Of a stretch of 35,220 nucleotides of DNA, positions 17,846 through 25,416 are shown one piece after another (position 1 is the first letter of the stretch; the number at the start of each line of letters is the position of its first letter). This DNA comes from Bacteroidota bacterium (GTDB lineage Bacteria > Bacteroidota > Bacteroidia > CAILMK01 > JAAYUY01). Below the pieces are notes generated by a model. That model was not told where the DNA came from and ran no database searches. It saw only the letters and a program-made list of their open reading frames with translations. Where the stretch lies: the NCBI GenBank assembly GCA_034723125.1, contig JAYEOP010000303.1:1-35220 (forward strand), written 5' to 3'. A program made the position numbers and the translations under genes.

Positions 17846-19954
17846 TTAATTAAGTGTATAAGTTTCGATAATTTTATTTGTGTCAATCATTAATGCAACA
17901 GAGCCATCACCAAGAATTGATGCTCCTGAAAAATATTTTTGAGCTTTATAATATTTTCCTAATGGTTTTAAAACGGCTTGGTATTCTTTAAGTACCTCAT
18001 CAACAACAAGTCCCATTTTTTTATTTCCATATTTTACAACTATTACTTGCTGTAAGTCGGGTGTGTTGTCCAATTTGTTAAATTCACTTCTTAAGTTAAG
18101 AAATGGATATTGAACTTCATTAAGAGTAATAACATTGTTGAATGCTTTTGATAATTCTTTTTTGCTTACATAGTAAATTTTATCAATAACAGAAACAGGA
18201 AAAATGAATTGAGAATTATCAATTTTGGTTAGCAAACCATCAATTATAGAAAGCGAAAGGGGTAACTTGATTGTTATGGAAGTTCCTTCATCAATCTTTG
18301 AATCAATACTTACATTTCCTCTGATTTCTGAAATTTTTTGTTTCACAACATCCATTCCTATTCCTCTTCCCGAAATTTTTGTAATTTTAGTTGCTGTAGA
18401 AAAACCGGGGAGAAACATTAAATTTAATATATCTTTTCTTTTTAATTCATCATCCGCTTTAATAATTCCTTTTTTGATTGCTGTATTCATTATTTCTTTA
18501 GTATCAATTCCTTTACCATCATCGGAAATTTTTATATGTACCTCTGAACCAGAATAATATGCTTTTAATGTTATTTTACCTTTTTTATTTTTATTTTTTG
18601 CAATTCTTGTTTCTTTATCTTCAATACCATGGTCGATACTATTTCTAAATATATGCAGTAAAGGGTCGGAAATACTTTCAATAATATTTTTGTCAAGTTC
18701 GGTTTCTGTTCCTTCTGCGATAAACTCAATTTCTTTATTAAATTCTGATGAAAGGTCGCGTATAAGTCTTTTAAACTTTGTTTGGATACTTTTTAAAGGG
18801 ACGAGACTTATTTCAAAAACGTTATCACGTAGCTGTCTTGTTAGTTTCTCAATACTTTCAGAGATTGCAAATAAATCAGCGTTTTTTTCATTTTCTGTAA
18901 ATAAATCTAAGCGTGCTTGTGCTGTAATAAGCTCGCTTGCTAAATTAATTAATTTATCAATTTTTGAAGATGATACCCTAATGCTTGATATCTTCTTTTC
19001 AATATTATCTTCTTGAACAATTTCTTTTTTTGTGTTTTGTTCCACAAAATCCAACTTATTAGATATTTCAATAGAATTTAAATTCTTCTCTTTATTTTCG
19101 TCTTTGTCTTTACTTTTGTCTTCATCTTTGTTTTCTACTTTGCCTTCCGTTTCTTCTTCAATAATTTCAATTATCTCATTGAGTTCAATTTTGTTACTAT
19201 CTTTATTGTATTCAACTAATTTATTATTGAATTTATCACTAAGGAATAAATCATTATTTGCAAGTTGTTGAATTTCAATTATTGACTCGTCAATAACGAA
19301 AATAAATACATCTTCAATGACTTCTTTAGAGTTGTCAGTAGCTAAAAAAATGCTCCATGTAATCAAACAATCTTTTTCATCCAGCTCATGTAAATTCGGA
19401 ATATTTTCTAAGGATGCAAATGCTTTTGCTTTACCAAGAGATACTAATTCATCAATTAAATACAGAGGATTAGTTCCGTTTTTGCAAATATCTTTATTGG
19501 GAACAAATTTTATGTAGTATGTTGAGAGCTTTTTTGTATTTTTTTTCTTTATATTACTGTTGTCAACTTCTATTGTTGAATTCTCAGTATCAGATATTTT
19601 TAAAACTTCTTCAGTTATTTCTTCAATATTTTCTAATGTTTGTTTGTCTATTTTATCATCAAGTAATAATTTTATTTGATCAACGGCTCTTAGAGTAATG
19701 TTTATTAGTTTATGAGAAACATTTATTTTCCCTTCTTTAACAGTTTCATATAAGTTTTCAAGATTATGAGCAAAGTTAGAAATATTATTAAAACCAAACA
19801 TTGCACCGCTTCCTTTTAGAGTGTGCATTATTCTGAAAATTTCATGAATTTGTTTTTTATTTTCAGGTTCATCCTCTAAAGTTATTAAGGCTTCTTCAAG
19901 CAATAAGATTAGTTCATTTGCTTCTTCAATAAATTTTTCACGAAAACTATCCAT
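17846..19954 (-). CDS. cheA: Chemotaxis histidine kinase CheA (Hpt, linker, dimerization, HATPase and CheW-like P5 domains).
   Basis: 702-aa ORF. Hpt motif FRIMHTLKGSGAMFGF, P3/P4 (IRVSSSKIDKLINLASELI, DPLLHIFRNSIDHGIE, DDGKGID, GRGIGMDVV) and a C-terminal CheW-like domain. An acidic/lysine-rich low-complexity linker (EEETEGKVENKDEDKSKDKDENKEKN) is present. The start overlaps the cheY stop by 1 nt (TAATG). Confidence 0.92.
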   Translation of the reverse strand: MDSFREKFIEEANELILLLEEALITLEDEPENKKQIHEIFRIMHTLKGSGAMFGFNNISNFAHNLENLYETVKEGKINVSHKLINITLRAVDQIKLLLDDKIDKQTLENIEEITEEVLKISDTENSTIEVDNSNIKKKNTKKLSTYYIKFVPNKDICKNGTNPLYLIDELVSLGKAKAFASLENIPNLHELDEKDCLITWSIFLATDNSKEVIEDVFIFVIDESIIEIQQLANNDLFLSDKFNNKLVEYNKDSNKIELNEIIEIIEEETEGKVENKDEDKSKDKDENKEKNLNSIEISNKLDFVEQNTKKEIVQEDNIEKKISSIRVSSSKIDKLINLASELITAQARLDLFTENEKNADLFAISESIEKLTRQLRDNVFEISLVPLKSIQTKFKRLIRDLSSEFNKEIEFIAEGTETELDKNIIESISDPLLHIFRNSIDHGIEDKETRIAKNKNKKGKITLKAYYSGSEVHIKISDDGKGIDTKEIMNTAIKKGIIKADDELKRKDILNLMFLPGFSTATKITKISGRGIGMDVVKQKISEIRGNVSIDSKIDEGTSITIKLPLSLSIIDGLLTKIDNSQFIFPVSVIDKIYYVSKKELSKAFNNVITLNEVQYPFLNLRSEFNKLDNTPDLQQVIVVKYGNKKMGLVVDEVLKEYQAVLKPLGKYYKAQKYFSGASILGDGSVALMIDTNKIIETYTLN

Positions 19955-20319
19955 TACCTAATAACTTTATTAATTGTTTTAAGAAGTTTTTCGGCTACAA
20001 AGGGTTTTGTAATCCAGCCTGTAGCACCTGATTTCTTTGCCTCTAATTTCTTTTCCAATTGAGTCTCGGTTGTTAAAAATAAAATTGGAATATGCTGATA
20101 TTTTTTAATTTTTCTTGCTTTTTTTATAAATGAAATTCCATCCATTTCGGGCATGTGAAGGTCGGTAATTATTAAATCAATTTTTTGACCATTTAGAAAA
20201 GCTAATCCATCTTTACCGTTAATTCCTATAAGTACATCATATCCATTTTCTTCAAGTGTAAATTGTAGTACCTCTCTTACACTTTTTGAATCATCGATAA
20301 ATAATATTTTTTTTGTCAT
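19954..20319 (-). CDS. cheY: Single-domain response regulator CheY.
   Basis: 121 aa with the complete REC active-site set: FIDDS, LIITDLHMPEMDG, FLTTE, ITKPF. Confidence 0.9.
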   Translation of the reverse strand: MTKKILFIDDSKSVREVLQFTLEENGYDVLIGINGKDGLAFLNGQKIDLIITDLHMPEMDGISFIKKARKIKKYQHIPILFLTTETQLEKKLEAKKSGATGWITKPFVAEKLLKTINKVIR

Positions 20320-20333
20320 ATTTTATATAAAAA

Positions 20334-20648
20334 TTACAATAGAAATTCTTCAAGCCCTGAATTATTAAGGACTTCTATCATTTCATTATTTAAATTTAAT
20401 TTATAAGTTAAGCTTTTATTAGATTTTTCAAGATACTTTTTTGTTGCAATTAGGAGCTGAATAAAAAGAATATCAATAATTTCAACATTATCAACAATGA
20501 TTTTGTATTCATTAGTATCATCAATATTGTTTTCTATATCCTTTTTAATTTTTTCTATTGTAGAAATAGAAATATCACCTTCAATATAAATGACTTTTTC
20601 TTTGTTGTTATCTCCTTTTTCTACTTTTATTTTATAACCTTCTTTCAT
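20334..20648 (-). CDS. Putative STAS-domain (anti-sigma-antagonist-like) protein, first gene of the Che-like operon.
   Basis: Pattern IYIEGDISISTIEKIKKDIENNI...YKIIVDNVEIIDILFIQLLIATKKYLEKSNKSLTYKLNLNNEMIEVLNNSGLEEF fits the STAS layout. The ORF-track start at 20696 is a TTG. The first ATG (MKEGYK) is at 20646-20648. Confidence 0.5.
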   Translation of the reverse strand: MKEGYKIKVEKGDNNKEKVIYIEGDISISTIEKIKKDIENNIDDTNEYKIIVDNVEIIDILFIQLLIATKKYLEKSNKSLTYKLNLNNEMIEVLNNSGLEEFLL

Positions 20649-20829
20649 ATATCTTTTAAAATCAGCCTTGTTTTTGTAATAAATTACTTTTTGCAAATAA
20701 ACTGTGATTTATTAGACCGTAAATATACATTGTCTGAATAAGCGTTTCCAAATTAATTTGAAAATTATTCTACTTTAAAAAGTTTAAAAAAATGAATTGC
20801 TACGTAGAGACACTACATAATAAATGTAG

Positions 20830-20875
20830 TCTGTATCTTTAATATTTTTTTTCAAATACAAATCAACATGGCATC
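20830..20875. repeat. Degenerate R5 arm remnant (right-arm orientation).
   Basis: TCTGTATCTTTAATATTTTTTTTCAAATACAAATCAACATGGCATC resembles 7345-7399 (…CTTTAATATTTTTCCACCCACACAAATCAACATAGTACC). Confidence 0.35.
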
Positions 20876-21066
20876 TCCTTCTGGAAGTTAATATTTATAA
20901 AAGATAAATTATATAATAAAAATGATAAGTATAAAATATATAAAAATTATATATATTTTAATAAAATTTTATAAACTGTTGGTAACTAATTATAAAATAA
21001 AATTTTATTAACATTATTGTTGATAAAATAGTTTTGATAAAAAATTATTAATGTAAAACATTGTTG

Positions 21067-21074
21067 TACTTTTG
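21067..21074 (+). promoter_or_regulatory. Candidate Bacteroidota -7 promoter box (TAnnTTTG) for the J-domain/RHH pair.
   Basis: TACTTTTG lies 24 nt upstream of the ATG at 21098. No well-spaced -33 TTTG was seen. Confidence 0.3.
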
Positions 21075-21097
21075 TATTAAAATTATAAAATATTCTG

Positions 21098-21439
21098 ATG
21101 CAGTATTTGACAGATATAAAAACAGAAAAGCAATTAAAAGCAGTTTATAGAACATTGGCAAGAAAAAATCATCCTGATATTGGAGGTAATATGCTAATAA
21201 TGCAGACTATAAATAGTGAATACAATTTTTTAAATGAAATATTTAGAACTAAAAACGGGAATCTTTCAAATATTAAAGAGGGAGATAATGTAATTGTTAA
21301 TGGCTCTGTAAGTGAAGTAATAAAGGTAATGAATACAATAATTAAAGTACGTTCAATTGTGAGTGGGAGAGAAGCATATTTTAATAAAAAAACAGGAAAC
21401 TGTATTTCAAATTCGAAATTTCAAATTTCTAGGGATTGA
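21098..21439 (+). CDS. Small J-domain-containing protein (short DnaJ-like J domain plus a beta-rich C-terminal part).
   Basis: 113 aa. KQLKAVYRTLARKNHPDIGGN contains the HPD tripeptide in the usual helix II/III context. Confidence 0.6.
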   Translation: MQYLTDIKTEKQLKAVYRTLARKNHPDIGGNMLIMQTINSEYNFLNEIFRTKNGNLSNIKEGDNVIVNGSVSEVIKVMNTIIKVRSIVSGREAYFNKKTGNCISNSKFQISRD

Positions 21440-21450
21440 AAACTGATAAG

Positions 21451-21639
21451 ATGCAAAAAAAAGAAAAGAAAATACATACAGGATTTAGGCTTTCAAAGAA
21501 TAATATTGAATTGCTTGAAGATTTTGAAAAGTCGTTAGGAATTAATAAAACAGGGGTTTTGGAAATGCTTCTTACTGTGGTTGGTAAAAATAAAGAAATT
21601 ATGATGAAACTTATACAGTCGTCTTTCGTAGGGAAGTAG
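21451..21639 (+). CDS. Putative ribbon-helix-helix (CopG/Arc-like) DNA-binding protein.
   Basis: 62 aa counted from the ATG at 21451; the ORF-track TTG start at 21436 overlaps the upstream stop. HTGFRLSKNNIELLEDFEKSLGINKTGVLEMLL fits a beta-strand/helix/helix RHH pattern. Confidence 0.45.
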   Translation: MQKKEKKIHTGFRLSKNNIELLEDFEKSLGINKTGVLEMLLTVVGKNKEIMMKLIQSSFVGK

Positions 21640-21681
21640 GAGCTGAGTTTTAGGGGATTAAAATAAATTCAGACCATGCTA

Positions 21682-23295
21682 TTATCTTATCAAAATCTCT
21701 TTAGTAAAGCTCCCTTTATTAGAAATAATATTTACAAAGTAAATTCCTTTTCGAGCATTCGGAAGATTTATTGTTTTGCTTTTACCTTTTAAAAATGAGT
21801 TAAATACAACTTTTCCAGTAGAAGTGTAGATGTTAATTTCTGCATTTATTGTGTTTTGGGATTCAATGACAATGTAATTATTTTTTGAAAATATATTGAT
21901 ATCCAATTCGGTAAATTTATCGTTTATTGAACTTGTATTTTTCAAAGTGATTTCATTTGATGGCTCCGATAATGAATGTAATGTTGCATTTATTCCATTG
22001 GCAAGACTAACTACGAAAATTTTATATGGCTGATCTTCAATAATTAAATCTCCATCGCTATCTTTTGAATTTGCTTTTAAATTAAAGTCAATATTGCTTG
22101 CTGTTTTTTGCAATTTTGTAACATTTGCAGTATCAACCATAGATGCATGAATTATATTGAAATTATTTGCCTTTGCGGATTTAACAACAAATATCCAATA
22201 TCCACTTAGCATTGATTCATTTGTTACTTTGTCAAATTCAATTCTCAAATCCATGCCATTATGTTTGTTACCAACGTCTGATGCTGTAATATCTGTAACT
22301 TTAGGTGCTTTAATATGCAATACTGAAATTCCTTTGTTTGATGTTGAAAGTATATTTTCTTTAGCGTTTACTCCATCGGCTACACTTAAAATATAAATTC
22401 TGTAAAAAACTGTTTGAGCTATTGGATTGCCTTCAATGTCTGTTGCATTTACAGCCAAACTAAGGCTATGATTATTACCCGTTTTTGAGATTTTAATATA
22501 ATTTCCTGAACTCACGGAATTTGCATCAGCAACAGAAAAACCATAAGAATCTTGAAGTTTTATAATTAATAATCTGTATTCGGAAATTTTTGATTCATCA
22601 ACTGCTTTGTCAAAACTAATTTTCATATCACTTGCATCACCATTGTCGTTTTTGTCTCTTGCAACAAGGTTTTGAACTTCATATCCTGTTAGTCCTTCAC
22701 CTGCTTTTATTCCTGAATCAGGAGAGCTATTAAAAGCGTAATCTTTTAACGTAAATGATTTTGCATTTGCCGAAACATCAAGTCTTACCCAACCGTAATA
22801 TTCACTAGAATCAATATCTTCAACTCTGATTCCTAGAAATTTGTTTTGAACACCTTGCCAGTTTCCGTAACCACCATAACTAGCTTGGAAGTTCATTGTA
22901 CCAAAGTCGTTTATTTTCCAGTTAGGAGAATTAGGGTCAATAAAATCATTCATATTCATAGCAAGTGGATAAAAATAACTACCTGCCGTGCTACCTAATA
23001 CTTCACAATATTTATCACGAATCAGTCCAACCATTTCCACTGTTCTGTTAGAATCGTCATCCATGCCATAACCTTTGTAAATGCTAAAATCGGAATATCC
23101 GTTAAGATCAATATCGATGTCAACATAATTGGTGTCATAAATTGTAGTATCAGGAGTGATATCGTTATAAATTATTTGACCGTTAGCTTTAGGAGCTATT
23201 GCCAAAATACCTATTGCCAGTGCTGAATATGCTTTTAAATTGTGGTCAATTTTATTATTATCTTTTTTTTGTTTCATAAATTTGTTTTTAATCAT
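21682..23295 (-). CDS. T9SS-sorted secreted protein with two internal ~115-aa repeats.
   Basis: 537 aa. The C-terminal tail ...INIYTSTGKVVFNSFLKGKSKTINLPNARKGIYFVNIISNKGSFTKEILIR is T9SS-type. Two repeats share ...D..ISFDK..DES.IS.Y...I.K...... and ...YKIFVVSLANGINA / YRIYILSVADGVNA. Confidence 0.8.
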   Translation of the reverse strand: MIKNKFMKQKKDNNKIDHNLKAYSALAIGILAIAPKANGQIIYNDITPDTTIYDTNYVDIDIDLNGYSDFSIYKGYGMDDDSNRTVEMVGLIRDKYCEVLGSTAGSYFYPLAMNMNDFIDPNSPNWKINDFGTMNFQASYGGYGNWQGVQNKFLGIRVEDIDSSEYYGWVRLDVSANAKSFTLKDYAFNSSPDSGIKAGEGLTGYEVQNLVARDKNDNGDASDMKISFDKAVDESKISEYRLLIIKLQDSYGFSVADANSVSSGNYIKISKTGNNHSLSLAVNATDIEGNPIAQTVFYRIYILSVADGVNAKENILSTSNKGISVLHIKAPKVTDITASDVGNKHNGMDLRIEFDKVTNESMLSGYWIFVVKSAKANNFNIIHASMVDTANVTKLQKTASNIDFNLKANSKDSDGDLIIEDQPYKIFVVSLANGINATLHSLSEPSNEITLKNTSSINDKFTELDINIFSKNNYIVIESQNTINAEINIYTSTGKVVFNSFLKGKSKTINLPNARKGIYFVNIISNKGSFTKEILIR

Positions 23296-23302
23296 AATTT
23301 TA

Positions 23303-23565
23303 AGGGAGGTTCTTTAAATACATTTCTTTTAAGAAACAAAGATAATGAATAAGATGCAAGGCACAAATTTTTCTGAATAGCCGTAGCTATTGAGAAAAAT
23401 TTTAACGCAGTCAGATTGTTTATTATCTTTGTTCCCAAAGGGTTTTCAGAGTTTTTCATATACTTCTTTAAAACTTTTTACATTATCCCGATTTGTTTCA
23501 ATTTTTTTCATTGTCTATAAAAAACTCTGGAAATCTTAATGCGAATGTATTTAAAGAACCTCCCT
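23303..23565 (-). mobile_element. R1 MITE, copy a (263 bp, 22-bp TIR AGGGAGGTTCTTTAAATACATT), inserted 7 nt upstream of the T9SS-protein start codon.
   Basis: Perfect inverted termini at 23303-23324 and 23544-23565. Both ends are flanked by TA (23301-23302 and 23566-23567). It is the reverse complement of 33230-33702 once that copy's nested insertions are removed. Confidence 0.8.
23337..23366 (-). promoter_or_regulatory. Outward-facing Bacteroidota-type promoter inside R1 copy a (TTTG-N19-TATCTTTG), reading into the T9SS-protein gene.
   Basis: The minus strand reads TTTGTGCCTTGCATCTTATTCATTATCTTTG. The -7 box ends ~41 nt upstream of the ATG at 23295. The same motif occurs in copy c; copies b and d have TATCTTCG. 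Confidence 0.45.
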
Positions 23566-23659
23566 TAAGCTTCTTAGGTTAGTACAAAAAAAGGGTAAAA
23601 GGTAAGCAATTATTGTGAAAAATTTTAAAAATCATAATTTTAAGTTTAGGGGATGTATT

Positions 23660-23760
23660 TTTTCTTAGTGCAAATTGTGTCTTGGTGTCTTTGTGGCAAG
23701 ATATTGATAATTAGCCACGAAGGCTCTAAGACACGAAGAATCACAAAGTATGAAACAATT
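23660..23760 (+). repeat. R3 hairpin repeat, copy a.
   Basis: TTTTCTTAGTGCAAATTGTGTCTTGGTGTCTTTGTGGCAAGATATTGATAATTAGCCACGAAGGCTCTAAGACACGAAGAATCACAAAGTATGAAAC. This is an imperfect ~34-bp stem around the loop AAGATATTGATAATTA. A second copy is at 26586-26678. Confidence 0.7.
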
Positions 23761-23981
23761 CTTTATATTCAAATGCGAAACTTAAGATATTTATCATTGT
23801 TGTCAAAAAAAAATAGAATTAGATAAAATACAGTTTATCTGTTTGAGAATCAAATATAATATTTTATTAAAAAAACAATTCCCTTATGTCGGGGAAAGTG
23901 ATTTTTGATATACATTTTTTAGCTTTTGTATTAAATCTCGCTTTTAAAAAGTTTTATCAGACAACAATGTAAAAAATATAG

Positions 23982-23989
23982 TAGTTTTG
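23982..23989 (+). promoter_or_regulatory. Candidate -7 box (TAGTTTTG) for the 24017 gene.
   Basis: Matches TAnnTTTG 28 nt upstream of the ATG at 24017. Confidence 0.35.
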
Positions 23990-24016
23990 AATTAGTAATT
24001 AAATTCCTTTTATTGA

Positions 24017-24442
24017 ATGAAAAATACACTTATGAAAAAGCTTTTATTATTTTTATTTATGATAATTCCTATTTTTTGCTTTTCGCAAAATTTTTCAAAT
24101 TCATTTACTAAAGTTGAAACGGTATCTTTTATTACAAAAATTATTAAACCAAAAGGTAATACAGGTTCATTAAGTTCTGTTGGCACTAAAGTTAGTTATA
24201 CCGAAAATTATTACGATATTACAACAAGAATAAAATATGATTTGAATCTTGCAGATGTAAAAATAAAGAAATCAGTGTCAAAGGTTGTATTGGAATGTAA
24301 ATCAGGAAAATGTATTTTAAAAAATACTGCATCACATGACAAAAAAGAAGAAGAACATATATCAAGTCTTGAATTTAATACAGATTCTCCCACTGAACTT
24401 TATAAAGCTTTTTTGCATTTGAAAACAGTTGTAGGATTATAG
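24017..24442 (+). CDS. Small secreted hypothetical protein.
   Basis: 141-aa ORF with signal peptide MKKLLLFLFMIIPIFCFSQ. No recognisable domain. Confidence 0.6.
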   Translation: MKNTLMKKLLLFLFMIIPIFCFSQNFSNSFTKVETVSFITKIIKPKGNTGSLSSVGTKVSYTENYYDITTRIKYDLNLADVKIKKSVSKVVLECKSGKCILKNTASHDKKEEEHISSLEFNTDSPTELYKAFLHLKTVVGL

Positions 24443-24535
24443 AATCTACCCATAATCAAAGCAAGATTAATTCGTGAATAGTAAAAATAGAGTTCAAATA
24501 ATCTTTCTTTTATTGAATCATTATTCATTATTAAA

Positions 24536-24584
24536 TAGTGCCTCTAAGAAAACTATCAAATTTTGCAGAGTTTTCTTAGAGGCA
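24536..24584. repeat. R2 minimal hairpin, copy c (15-bp perfect stem, 14-nt loop).
   Basis: GCCTCTAAGAAAACT-ATCAAATTTTGCAG-AGTTTTCTTAGAGGC, about 95 nt downstream of the 24017..24442 gene. It may act as a terminator, but no T-tract follows. Confidence 0.6.
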
Positions 24585-24744
24585 ATAAATATAAGGAGTG
24601 TTAAAAGAATAACAGCATATTTCTGTCTTATATTGCAGAATTTCAATAAGATAAAGTAGGAGGTTATGAAATAAATATTTTTTTTGCATCAGAATACTTA
24701 TTTTTTTGTAATTTTACAGCAATTTAAAAAATAATATATCTTTT

Positions 24745-25368
24745 ATGAAGAAAGTATTACCGGAGAAAACGATTGAACGATTAAGCGTTTGTAGGAGATT
24801 ACTAAACGATAAAATAAATTTGAATCAAGAATATATTTATTCGTATGAGATTGCTAAATTGTTAAATATTACACCTGTTCAGGTTCGTAGAGATATAATG
24901 CTAATTGGATATTCAGGTAGCCCAAGCAAGGGTTATAAAATAAAAGAACTAATAAAAAGAATTGCAAAAATTTTGGACACTAAAGAAGTAACAAATGTTG
25001 CAATTATTGGAATGGGTTTTTTAGGAAATGCAATATCAGGATATTTTAAAAACAAAAGAGACAAATTAAAAATAGTAGCTAGTTTTGATAAAGATTCTAA
25101 GAAAATTTCTCAATGTTTATCAGATGTGAGATGTCATCATATTGATGATTTTCCTGCAGTTAAAAAGAAGATGAATATTGATATTGCTGTTTTAACAGTT
25201 CCTGAGGAAGAAGCATTAGAGTCACTAAACTTCATGATAGAAAATGGTGTTAAAGGTGTTTTGAATTTTACCCCAAAACCTCTTAAAGTTCCTGATGGTA
25301 TATATTTGGAGGAATATGATATTGTTACTTCACTCGAAAAAGTTACTTATTTTTCTAAGCATTTCTAA
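24745..25368 (+). CDS. rex: Redox-sensing transcriptional repressor Rex.
   Basis: 207 aa. N-terminal winged-helix segment (TIERLSVCRRLL...VQVRRDIMLIGYSGSPSKGY), Rossmann motif IIGMGFLGNA, and GVLNFTP, colinear with known Rex proteins. Confidence 0.85.
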   Translation: MKKVLPEKTIERLSVCRRLLNDKINLNQEYIYSYEIAKLLNITPVQVRRDIMLIGYSGSPSKGYKIKELIKRIAKILDTKEVTNVAIIGMGFLGNAISGYFKNKRDKLKIVASFDKDSKKISQCLSDVRCHHIDDFPAVKKKMNIDIAVLTVPEEEALESLNFMIENGVKGVLNFTPKPLKVPDGIYLEEYDIVTSLEKVTYFSKHF

Positions 25369-25416
25369 TTTATCCTCCTCCCTTAAAGACATAAATGATT
25401 AAAGTACCCCTTGAAA

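Noticed and set aside
9476-19517. Numerous 60-166-aa plus-strand ORFs antisense to the che and kinase genes (e.g. 9476..9976, 10085..10324, 10406..10726, 11700..11900, 13974..14303, 15865..16272, 18225..18557, 18690..19016, 19032..19271).
   Set aside because: All are embedded opposite well-supported genes and have low-complexity, Ser/Phe/Leu-rich translations typical of antisense shadows of AT-rich, Lys/Glu/Asn-rich genes. None has a recognisable motif.
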